Origin: Candidatus Undinarchaeota archaeon
Lineage (GTDB): Archaea > SpSt-1190 > JASMDC01
Assembly: GCA_964519305.1 (NCBI GenBank)
Contig: CAZFHY010000001.1
Location: 250,132-314,131, forward strand
Direction: 5' to 3'
Length of the DNA: 64,000 bases
Positions 47,014-55,504 of this stretch are shown here, piece after piece. The translations under genes were made by a program, and so were the position numbers. The first letter of the stretch is position 1. Each line of letters starts with the position of its first letter. The notes under the pieces are model-generated. The model did not search any database. It was given only the letters and a program-made list of their open reading frames with translations, and had not been told where the DNA came from.

Positions 47014-49176
47014 TCAAGTGGCCTGTGAGACCGCTAGTCGTCGGTCACCGTCGTTCGTGCGAAGAACGAGCGTTCTTACGTCCTCGCCCGGGAGAACGCG
47101 GAGAGCGCCCGTCGATGTTGCCTGGAGCGATGCACCGCAGTGAACATGGCAGCTGGTACCCGATGCAGGGTGTACTTCGATAACTAGCTCGTCGCCGATC
47201 CGCGATGCGTCCAGATGCAGTAGCGTGCACTCTCCGGGTGCACTCGTTCCGAATCTGATGATCGGTGAGCTGGCGACAGGACCCGGGATGACGAGTGGCT
47301 TCCCGGCCCATCTCGTCGTAAGGAGGGAGAACCTCCAAGGACCCTCACCTCCGCTTCGCAGGTCCAGAACAATATCACTGGCGTCCACGTTGAACCGTGG
47401 CCGATAGCAGTCGAGTTCCTCGATCCTGCGAGAAGGCCCGGCCGCTCCCAGTTCTGTGATGATCGCGGCAGGATCGTACTCCAGGTCGGCCGGCTGAAGG
47501 GGTAGGATCTTGGGCGATATCAGAGCTAGCTTGTGGTACGTGAGCTCATCCGGGTCCGGGGGAGTGATGATGCGGTTGACCTTGTTCCATCTTGGATCGG
47601 GCGGGACGTCATACACTTGGACCAGCGCAGCGAATGTGGTGATGGCCACAATACCAACAACGACCAGCTCAGGCCACTGGCCAGCCCGACGCAGACCACC
47701 CAGCGCGAGCACCGACAGTGCTGGCATGACCAGCAACAACAGCCCCATCCGCGGCTCGTTCCAGTTCTCCTGGACACTGAGGAATATCCAGAGCGGGAGA
47801 ATCCATAGGATCAACACATTCAATGCCCGACGGTCCGAACCGACCAGCTCCTTTAGACCCGGTAGGACCATGGCCAGCAGCGGCCAGCCCAAGGTCGCGG
47901 CCACCACCAGCGGGAGGAGGACGAACACCGGGAAGGGGTAGAGCGGGGTCCTGACAACACTGCCATGTAGGGGCCAGTTCATGAGCACCGGGAGCCGGAA
48001 GTCCACACCGAGCACACTGTAATCGAAAGGTTCGACATAGGTATGCTTCGCAATTGCCTCGGTAGTGAAGGGGGCGTTGTAAGCGTACTGGTGCCAGAAG
48101 AGCCAAGGGAAGGCCGAGAGCAACGCTCCGATGACGAGGGCGATGACCGCTGCGCGCCACCTTCGTTGGCCGGTTAGTGCGTAGAGAACGGCAGGCACTA
48201 GGAGCACGGACACGTCTCGCACTCCCACCAGCATCCCTAGAAGGAGACCAGCTACGAGGGCGGGTCGTATCCCCCTCTCGAAGAGCACGACATGGAGCAC
48301 TGCGGCCGAGAGCACGAAGGCGAAGAGCGGATCCGTGAGCAGGTACACGAAGGAGATGTCCAGGAGACCGAGACCGAGCACGGGGAACGCGAGAAGGGGT
48401 GTGAGGGTCCCGCCGAAGAGACGGCGGGTGATTATGTACCCCCAAGAGCATATGAGGGCCCCGAAAAGTGAGAAAGCAAACCGGACCCCGAAGATGCCAA
48501 GGAAGGAAACGAAAAGAGCGAATATCGCGGTATTACCGAGTCGCTGGTCCTTGGTGGCCACACGGCCATAGGCAATGAGGTTGTCAGGCAGCGTCCGTGG
48601 TGGGACCGTCAGATAATATGTGTTCTCCACTCCAGGAGAGCGGGTTCCCGTTGGTAACGGCTCCGGAGCGCGGGGGTAGTAGAACACGGATCCCGGATTC
48701 TCGATCACGGAGGACGCGAGCCATGTGACGCGTCCGAGCCCCATGGCATGGTACATCGCCTCCTGTGTACATGTCTGCCAGTAGCTCTCTGCCAGCGGAG
48801 TGGGGATGTCGCGGACCACGCTCAGATAGAGCAGGAACATCCCGGCGGCTAGAGCAAGGGCCACCAATCCCAAGTGACCGGGGGGTGGTACATGACCTAG
48901 TCCGTGGTGTGCCGGGCCGTGCCGGGAGACTTGAAGCAAATGCGGTAAAAGGAAGATAACGAGTGCCGCTGCGAGGAACGTGACCGGACCTATTAGAACG
49001 CCAACCATAAGGGCGATGGCCATGGCGAGAGCTGGGACCACAGTGACCGATATCGTGAAAGCGAGGACGACCTCCTCGGCATCCCTGCCGGGACCGAGGG
49101 TCCAACGTGCCATCGGACGACCTGTGAACCACAAGGCCAGGGTGAACACCACCACGGCCGCTAGCTCAAGCAGCAT
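47014..49176 (-). CDS. Divergent GT-C-like polytopic membrane protein (GT-C 8)
   Basis: Many TM helices, a large first loop, GVRD and NEPRM segments; no MPSP start. Confidence 0.7.
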   Translation of the reverse strand: MLLELAAVVVFTLALWFTGRPMARWTLGPGRDAEEVVLAFTISVTVVPALAMAIALMVGVLIGPVTFLAAALVIFLLPHLLQVSRHGPAHHGLGHVPPPGHLGLVALALAAGMFLLYLSVVRDIPTPLAESYWQTCTQEAMYHAMGLGRVTWLASSVIENPGSVFYYPRAPEPLPTGTRSPGVENTYYLTVPPRTLPDNLIAYGRVATKDQRLGNTAIFALFVSFLGIFGVRFAFSLFGALICSWGYIITRRLFGGTLTPLLAFPVLGLGLLDISFVYLLTDPLFAFVLSAAVLHVVLFERGIRPALVAGLLLGMLVGVRDVSVLLVPAVLYALTGQRRWRAAVIALVIGALLSAFPWLFWHQYAYNAPFTTEAIAKHTYVEPFDYSVLGVDFRLPVLMNWPLHGSVVRTPLYPFPVFVLLPLVVAATLGWPLLAMVLPGLKELVGSDRRALNVLILWILPLWIFLSVQENWNEPRMGLLLLVMPALSVLALGGLRRAGQWPELVVVGIVAITTFAALVQVYDVPPDPRWNKVNRIITPPDPDELTYHKLALISPKILPLQPADLEYDPAAIITELGAAGPSRRIEELDCYRPRFNVDASDIVLDLRSGGEGPWRFSLLTTRWAGKPLVIPGPVASSPIIRFGTSAPGECTLLHLDASRIGDELVIEVHPASGTSCHVHCGASLQATSTGALRVLPGEDVRTLVLRTNDGDRRLAVSQAT

Positions 49177-49278
49177 ATGGCCCCGGTCTCGCGGTGCAAC
49201 AATAAAACGTTATGCCACCCGGGCACATGGCCGGGATCGAGGCAAACGTTTTTCAAGTGAAGTGACCGACCATTCCCC

Positions 49279-50436
49279 ATGGTTGAGACCGGTAACGGGA
49301 TGAGCACCGTTGCCCTTGTCAAGTGCGATGACTACGACGAAGAGAACGTGCTCTCGACGGTCCGACGTTCAGTGGACCTTCTGGGAGGGATGAAGACCTT
49401 CGTAGGGAACGGCCAGCGAGTGCTCCTCAAGGTCAACCTCCTTCGCGGGGACCGACCCGAGCGGGCGGTCACCACACATCCCGCCGTTGTCCGTGCCGTG
49501 ACGCTCCTTGTCCAGGAGGCTGGTGGCGAGGTAGTTATCGGTGACAGCCCCGGAGGCCCCAACAGCGTCATGCTCCTGCGACGAGCCTACAAGCACAGCG
49601 GGTACGAGCAGGTCGCAAAGGAAACGGGAGCCTCCCTGAACGAAGACCTATCCTCCGCGCTGATACCTTGTCGTGGCGGACAATTGATCAAAGAGCTGGA
49701 CATCCTCAATGCAGTAGAGAGCGCTGATGTGGTCATCCCCCTCCCCAAGCTCAAGACCCATGTGCTCACGGGATTCACCGGCGCCACCAAGATCCTCTTC
49801 GGAGTGATCCCCGGCCTCACAAAGGCAGCATACCATGTCAAGCTCCCGGACGTGGACCAGTTCTCCCATATGCTATTGGACATCGTGGCCCATGTACGGG
49901 CTCCCCTGTACATCATGGACGGTGTTGTGGCCATGCATGGGGACGGCCCCGGCGCAGGTGATCCGTTCCCCGTAGGAGGGATGCTCGCAGCTACCGATGC
50001 CGTGGCCATGGACCGGACGGCCGCCGCTCTTGTGGGGCTGGCACCGGATGGTATCTCGACCCTGTCCGCTGCCGCTGAACGCGGGATGGGCCCCGCTTCA
50101 CTGGATGATATCGATATTGTGGGCGACGGGCTGGACGCGTTCTCAATCACTGGATTCCGCACCGCCTCAGCGCCCTCGAAAATCGGCCGCAGGCTCCCGA
50201 ATATCGTTCGCCGGATCACCCTTGGACAGACCGTTTCATCGCCCTACGCCGGCCCCAAGTGCATCGGATGCGGTGTGTGCGCAGCAGCTTGCCCCGTCAA
50301 GGCCATCACCATCACCGACAAGCGCGCCCACATGGACCTGTCGACTTGCATCCGATGCTACTGTTGCCACGAGACCTGTCCCGAGCAGGCGGTGGAGCTG
50401 CAAAGGCCATTGCTGTCGCGCATATTTGGGTCGTAG
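49279..50436 (+). CDS. DUF362 family protein with a C-terminal 2x[4Fe-4S] ferredoxin domain
   Basis: VLLKVNLL, VTTHP, PKLKTH, GDGP; CIGCGVCAAACP, CIRCYCCHETCP. Confidence 0.92.
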   Translation: MVETGNGMSTVALVKCDDYDEENVLSTVRRSVDLLGGMKTFVGNGQRVLLKVNLLRGDRPERAVTTHPAVVRAVTLLVQEAGGEVVIGDSPGGPNSVMLLRRAYKHSGYEQVAKETGASLNEDLSSALIPCRGGQLIKELDILNAVESADVVIPLPKLKTHVLTGFTGATKILFGVIPGLTKAAYHVKLPDVDQFSHMLLDIVAHVRAPLYIMDGVVAMHGDGPGAGDPFPVGGMLAATDAVAMDRTAAALVGLAPDGISTLSAAAERGMGPASLDDIDIVGDGLDAFSITGFRTASAPSKIGRRLPNIVRRITLGQTVSSPYAGPKCIGCGVCAAACPVKAITITDKRAHMDLSTCIRCYCCHETCPEQAVELQRPLLSRIFGS

Positions 50437-50439
50437 GGC

Positions 50440-50898
50440 TCACGGGGCGCGGTCCCGGGCAACAGCGACCGCCGCGGCGATGATGAGGACCCACTCGATC
50501 GTAGCCATTGAATCGGCAAGGGGGATACCTACGGTCCGCCACGAGAAGGGCCAGAGGAGTATGAAGTGGTGAGGCCTGGCCCACGGGTATAGGAGCGAGT
50601 CGATGAGGATGTTGGACATGGCCCCTACGTACAGAAGCCCGTAAGCCTTCCACAGGTCCCGGTCTATGAAGGACGCTGCCACCAGACAGAGGAACAGTGC
50701 ACCGACGGGCGTGTGGAGGAAGAACGATACGGCCATCGCTACCGTGGCGCCACGTGCGACGAGGGCCGCTAATGCGATGAAGAGCTGCAGGTCAGGCAGG
50801 AGCGCGCCGAACATGAGCACCCAGCGGTCACGGCGTTCAATCCCCAGGAGACGGGTCAGGATTATGGCCAGTGACATATGGACTATGAGATCAGGCAT
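50440..50898 (-). CDS. YdjM-like membrane metal-dependent hydrolase
   Basis: MPDLIVH, GALLPDL, LHTP, SNILID (His replaced by Asn), LLWPFS. Confidence 0.75.
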   Translation of the reverse strand: MPDLIVHMSLAIILTRLLGIERRDRWVLMFGALLPDLQLFIALAALVARGATVAMAVSFFLHTPVGALFLCLVAASFIDRDLWKAYGLLYVGAMSNILIDSLLYPWARPHHFILLWPFSWRTVGIPLADSMATIEWVLIIAAAVAVARDRAP

Positions 50899-51355
50899 TG
50901 TCCTCACCCCCCAGCGGCACCAGACCCGAGGGCGCAGCAGCGGCGACGGAGCGGCGGGCAGCATCGCGCCAGGCCCAGAGGAGGAGGAGCACGCCCAATG
51001 TGTTCCAGATAAGGAACATGAACCGGCGGCCGAGCACGTGGAGACCGGTGGCCTCGATGCGCCCTTGGGCATACACCCCGTTCACTGTGACTGCATCGCC
51101 TGACCTGAGCTGAGTGAAGTTGCCGTACACGTCCACCCGCCAGTTGTCCATGATGTCGGTTATGAGCACGAAGTGCCCGGGGACCACCTCTTGTGCGAGC
51201 CCGAAGAAGTAGCCCTGACGACGCTCGGCATCGAAGAAAGGGAAGTTCTGAGGCCAACGTTCCTCGATGACCAGAGCATTGTGGTACATAGAGGCCAGGA
51301 TGACGATGAGCCCTAAGATGAGTGGCAGCGGTCTCGGGTCGCGGACACCGTACAT
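50891..51355 (-). CDS. Membrane protein with a probable extracellular OB-fold
   Basis: TM, then beta-rich GDAVTVNGVY, then TM; overlaps the start of the downstream gene. Confidence 0.7.
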   Translation of the reverse strand: MYGVRDPRPLPLILGLIVILASMYHNALVIEERWPQNFPFFDAERRQGYFFGLAQEVVPGHFVLITDIMDNWRVDVYGNFTQLRSGDAVTVNGVYAQGRIEATGLHVLGRRFMFLIWNTLGVLLLLWAWRDAARRSVAAAAPSGLVPLGGEDNA

Positions 51356-51400
51356 GCAAGTTGACCTACGGGTGATAACTAGATAAATGCAAGGGTCGGG

Positions 51401-52555
51401 TCAAGGCAGAGCGCCCGCGTCACGAAGTATCGCATCCTCTCGCTCGAACACCGCCTCGCGCCCATAAGGAGATGCCGCTTCGCGGTTCACCGCGCCCATC
51501 CTGGCTGCGAGCTCAGGATTATCGGCCACACGGGCCAAAGCGCTCCGCAGCTTTCGAGGTGACCGCGGTTGCACAAGGAAGCCCCCTTCATGAGGGAGCA
51601 CGTTCGCGATGCCCTCGACGTCGGTGGCCACCACAGGCAGCCCCGCGCCCATTGCCTCGATGAGGGCGAAGGGCATCCCCTCCTCCTCGGAGGCCATAGC
51701 GAACACGTCGGCCGCGGCGAGCACATCAGGCACTTCACCGGATGGGACCGCGCCGAGAAAAGTGGCGTCCGCGCCTTCTTTTTCAGCTAGGGAAACGAGG
51801 GCTTCGCGCTCCGGACCGTCGCCGCACGCGACCAGACGTATGCCCGAAAGCCCGGCCACGGCGCGGACCAGATCGTCCACCCGCTTGATCTCGGCCAACC
51901 GGCCAACGAACACGACCAGACGACCGTCCTCGGGAATACCGTGGCGCTCTGCCAGCCGTTTCCGCGCTGCTGCCCGGTCCGGTGCTTTTTTAGGGAGGTC
52001 GACCCAGTTGGGGAGCACCTCGACCTGGTCCGGGCGGGCGCCCTGGGCTTCGAGCCGCTGACGCATCAGGTCTGTGCTTGTGATTATCCGGTCCGAGTGC
52101 CGTACGACCATCCTGTACACCTGTGAGACGAACGGGCCAAGGAGAGGGGACCGGTGACGGCGCATCTGACCCATCCAATCGTACTCCAGGGAAAGTACAA
52201 CCGGGGGGTGTGAGCTGACACTGGAGAGACCCAGCGCTACGGGGACGATGCCCACGGGCCCGTACACACGGACAGCGGTGAGGGTGGACGCAAGACGACG
52301 CACGGCCGCTGCTCCGCTGAGCACGAAACCAGGGTGCGAACGGCCCACGGGCAGGTGGATAACACCTTCCCCGAGCTCGTCGCTCATGTCCCGCTCGTCC
52401 GCGCTGAGTAGGATCACGCGGTCGTACAGCTTCCGGTAATGGTCGACCCGCGCGCGTACAAGCTTGTCGAACACGCCACGCTCGCATCCCTCCTCGAGAC
52501 GACAGTCGGTGGAGTACACCAGGAGCAGTGTCGAAGTCGACTCCATACCGGCCAT
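51401..52555 (-). CDS. GT4 (GT-B) glycosyltransferase
   Basis: LPNWVD, FVGRLAEIKR, EGMPFALIEAMGAGLPVV. Confidence 0.93.
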   Translation of the reverse strand: MAGMESTSTLLLVYSTDCRLEEGCERGVFDKLVRARVDHYRKLYDRVILLSADERDMSDELGEGVIHLPVGRSHPGFVLSGAAAVRRLASTLTAVRVYGPVGIVPVALGLSSVSSHPPVVLSLEYDWMGQMRRHRSPLLGPFVSQVYRMVVRHSDRIITSTDLMRQRLEAQGARPDQVEVLPNWVDLPKKAPDRAAARKRLAERHGIPEDGRLVVFVGRLAEIKRVDDLVRAVAGLSGIRLVACGDGPEREALVSLAEKEGADATFLGAVPSGEVPDVLAAADVFAMASEEEGMPFALIEAMGAGLPVVATDVEGIANVLPHEGGFLVQPRSPRKLRSALARVADNPELAARMGAVNREAASPYGREAVFEREDAILRDAGALP

Positions 52556-52577
52556 CACGGTCACCTGTCCCACGAAG

Positions 52578-52586
52578 ATTTATATT
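52578..52586. promoter_or_regulatory. Bidirectional TATA box
   Basis: ATTTATATT lies 23 nt from ATG 52555 (-) and 23 nt from ATG 52609 (+). Confidence 0.7.
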
Positions 52587-52608
52587 GCCTTCGCGGTCAG
52601 TTGGTTGC

Positions 52609-53709
52609 ATGGCCAAGCCCGCCAGTGGTGTCGACCGGCTCGGTACCCTCGAGAAGGCCCGCTTCCTTGCTGGCGGCCTTGTCGAGTCCTCGCGGGTAGG
52701 CCTTGACCGTCTGAAAGGATGGGAGCGCCCACGGTTCCTGATGAACGTGGTCACTTGGCGGTGCAACGCCCGTTGCGTGATGTGCAACATACCTCGCCGT
52801 CACGATCCGAAGGAGGAGCTCGGGCTGGACGACTACCGCCTAATCCTAAAAGACCGACGGTTCTGGCGTGGTCTGCGGGCCATGAACGTCACCGGTGGCG
52901 AACCGTTCCTGCGCGAGGACCTGCCCGATCTGGTGGCGATGTTCGACGAGGCCTGTCCCGGGCTCGAACGTATCGCCTTCTCCACTAATGGCATGCTCAC
53001 CGACCGTGTAACCTCCGCCATGAAGGAGGTGCTCGAGCGTGTGCGCGTGCCCATCGACGTCACCGTGAGCCTCGACGGTGTGGGTGAGGTCCACGACCGG
53101 ATCCGCGGCGTGGATGGGGCTTTCGAAAAAGTCATGGCCACCGTGGACGCGCTCCTCCCTATGGACGAGCCAGGACGGTTCCATCTCTACGGCCAGTGCA
53201 CGCTCTCCCAGGCCAATATCGCAGGCTGGCGCGAACTGGAGGCTTACGCTGCCGAGCGGGGATTCCATGTTTCCCCAGGCATCTCGGCATTCCTGGACTC
53301 CTACTTCGACAACGCCGATAAGGAGGACGAACTGGCGCTCACGTCCGAGCAGGTGCTCGATGTGTTCGACCGACCAACGGCACGCGAGCACTTCATCCGC
53401 CGGCAGGTGCGCGAGCACGAGCGGTCACTTCCCTGTGGTTGTGGCACCGGGTCCTTCGAGCTCTACCCCAACGGCGATGTCTACCTCTGCTACCAGACGA
53501 AGCCGGTGGGGAACGCCCTCGAGCTTGGTATCACGGGGGCGTGGACATCCCCCGAGGCGGCGAAGGTGCGCAAGGCCATCGGCACCAAGAAGATGTGCGG
53601 TGATTGCTTCTGGGCGTGCGACCTGGCCACGGCGGTGAAAGGGGACCTCGGTTCTCTTGTACGCATGGGTGCTGCCCACGTCCGGATGAAGCTCGGTCCC
53701 AAGGCGTGA
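52609..53709 (+). CDS. Radical SAM/SPASM protein
   Basis: CNARCVMC, TGGEPF, PCGCG...GDVYLC...CGDCFWAC. Confidence 0.92.
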   Translation: MAKPASGVDRLGTLEKARFLAGGLVESSRVGLDRLKGWERPRFLMNVVTWRCNARCVMCNIPRRHDPKEELGLDDYRLILKDRRFWRGLRAMNVTGGEPFLREDLPDLVAMFDEACPGLERIAFSTNGMLTDRVTSAMKEVLERVRVPIDVTVSLDGVGEVHDRIRGVDGAFEKVMATVDALLPMDEPGRFHLYGQCTLSQANIAGWRELEAYAAERGFHVSPGISAFLDSYFDNADKEDELALTSEQVLDVFDRPTAREHFIRRQVREHERSLPCGCGTGSFELYPNGDVYLCYQTKPVGNALELGITGAWTSPEAAKVRKAIGTKKMCGDCFWACDLATAVKGDLGSLVRMGAAHVRMKLGPKA

Positions 53710-53757
53710 GGTTTTTATTTTCATGGGGATAATAGCTCTCTCGGAAGGTGTATCCAC

Positions 53758-54492
53758 ATGAAGATAGCGTTCGACGAGTTCCATAAGGACAAGAAGTACT
53801 TCTCCATCGACGATGATGACCAGAACGGGTATGAACAGCTGGGCGATTTCCTTAAAGGCAAGGGTATCGAGTGCGTCCAGTCCACGAATCCGCTTACGTC
53901 CATCCCCGCTGATGTGGACGTGCTCGTCATCCCATTCCCCAAGCGAAGGTTCGACGGGTCCGAGGTCAACGAGATCACCGCCTTCGTTAAAGATCGGGGC
54001 AAGGGACTGCTGATGCTCTCCGAGTGGGGCGGTATCTTCGACAACGTCGAGAACCTCAACCAGCTGGCAATAAACTTCGAGATCAAGTTCAATCCCGACC
54101 GCGTGTGCGACTGGGAGAACCGGATCCAGATCCCGTTCAAGTCCAAGGCCCACGCATTCTACATCAAGGGTTTCTCGCAGCACTACCCGTTCACCAAGGA
54201 CCTCAAGGAGCTTGTGTGCATATCGGGCAGTTCCCTCAAACCAGCTAATCAGGGCATGATCGCGGCCTGGGCGGGCGAGCGCTCATGGAGCGACGAGGAC
54301 GGCGACTCTTCCTATGACGAGGGGGAAGCGTTCGGGTACGTGCCTATTGTCACTGCTAACGTTTGCGGTAACGCCCAGGGACGTGTGGTCTGCTGTGGTG
54401 ATGCCTCTCTCCTGGCCAACGCCCAGTTTAAGGAGTCCGAGCACCAGAAGTTCGCCCACTCCCTCTTCCAGTGGCTTGGCAAGGAGCTTTGA
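53758..54492 (+). CDS. GldG/IFT52 (GIFT, DUF4350-like) domain protein
   Basis: IAFDEFH, DVLVIPFP, GLLMLSEWGG, NLNQL, GRVVCCGD, FQWL. Confidence 0.8.
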   Translation: MKIAFDEFHKDKKYFSIDDDDQNGYEQLGDFLKGKGIECVQSTNPLTSIPADVDVLVIPFPKRRFDGSEVNEITAFVKDRGKGLLMLSEWGGIFDNVENLNQLAINFEIKFNPDRVCDWENRIQIPFKSKAHAFYIKGFSQHYPFTKDLKELVCISGSSLKPANQGMIAAWAGERSWSDEDGDSSYDEGEAFGYVPIVTANVCGNAQGRVVCCGDASLLANAQFKESEHQKFAHSLFQWLGKEL

Positions 54493-54503
54493 GCGCACTA
54501 TCC

Positions 54504-55034
54504 ATGGGAACTGGCCGTGATGCTGAGCGGCGAACACTGCTAAAGCTGTCGCCCGAGCAACTCGTCGACCTGCTACTAGCTCAGACACGTAACCTCTGGG
54601 CTGTGGACGGACTGTATTTTCTGGGCATCGAGGAACGGTACGGTACTGAGGCCGCGGCCGATGTGGACCGCCATGTGTGGGAGACCATGGGACGCATCGA
54701 GGCATCACGGCTCCGGAAGACGCTCGGTGTCGAGGGCAATGACCTGACGACCATGCTTACAGTGCTCCGGCACACCAGCTGGATGATGGACCTCGAGAAC
54801 AAGGAGCTCGATGTCGATGGAGAGCGCGCTGTGCTCCGGATCACATCCTGTCGCACCCAGTTCACGCGACGGGAGAAAGGCCTTGGAGAGTTCCCGTGCA
54901 GGCCTGTCCGTCAGGGGTTCCTTGCGGCCTTCGCTGCCGTGTTCTCTCCGGACATCGAGGTAAGATGCCTCCAGTGCCCTCCTGACGAGCACGGGGACGA
55001 CCTATGGTGTGCCTGGGAGTTCGTGCAACGATAG
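54504..55034 (+). CDS. DUF6125-like protein
   Basis: WAVDGLYFLGIE, CRTQ, PCRPV, CPPD..WCAWEF. Confidence 0.8.
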   Translation: MGTGRDAERRTLLKLSPEQLVDLLLAQTRNLWAVDGLYFLGIEERYGTEAAADVDRHVWETMGRIEASRLRKTLGVEGNDLTTMLTVLRHTSWMMDLENKELDVDGERAVLRITSCRTQFTRREKGLGEFPCRPVRQGFLAAFAAVFSPDIEVRCLQCPPDEHGDDLWCAWEFVQR

Positions 55035-55080
55035 AGGTCCGATAGGATCCTTTTGAAGGAACCATGAGAAGAAGAGAGCA

Positions 55081-55103
55081 CGGGTCCCCAAGAAGGGGAC
55101 CCG
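55081..55103. terminator. GC-rich hairpin between convergent genes
   Basis: CGGGTCCCC-AAGAA-GGGGACCCG. Confidence 0.55.
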
Positions 55104-55124
55104 GTACGATATCGTCGATCCCGC

Positions 55125-55376
55125 TCAGGGAGAGAGGACCGCGTGAGCCACGAGGCCGAGAGTGAGGACCACGGAACCGAGCACGATGGCGACAGCCATG
55201 TTACCCTTCTCCAGCTCCTTCATCTCCTCGAGACCCGGTGTAGCGGCGTCGAATATCTTGAACGTTGCTGGGATGCAAAGGCCGAGAGCGATACCGCCCA
55301 CGAGCACCCATGCGATCGCCAGGACCATCTGCGTGACGGTCTGTACTATGTCAATATTTCCCACAACCATAATCAT
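55125..55376 (-). CDS. DUF350 family small membrane protein
   Basis: FDAATPG...ELEKGNMAVAIVLG. Confidence 0.85.
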   Translation of the reverse strand: MIMVVGNIDIVQTVTQMVLAIAWVLVGGIALGLCIPATFKIFDAATPGLEEMKELEKGNMAVAIVLGSVVLTLGLVAHAVLSP

Positions 55377-55504
55377 GACCTCTTGGGCTTGAGGGATAGA
55401 TATCCTTTAAAGCCTTTTGCTATCCGACCGAGAACCGGTTCTATTCAACATATAACGTTTGGGTGACCTCTGCACCTAGCGACACCGACGCAGATGGTGA
55501 CCTC

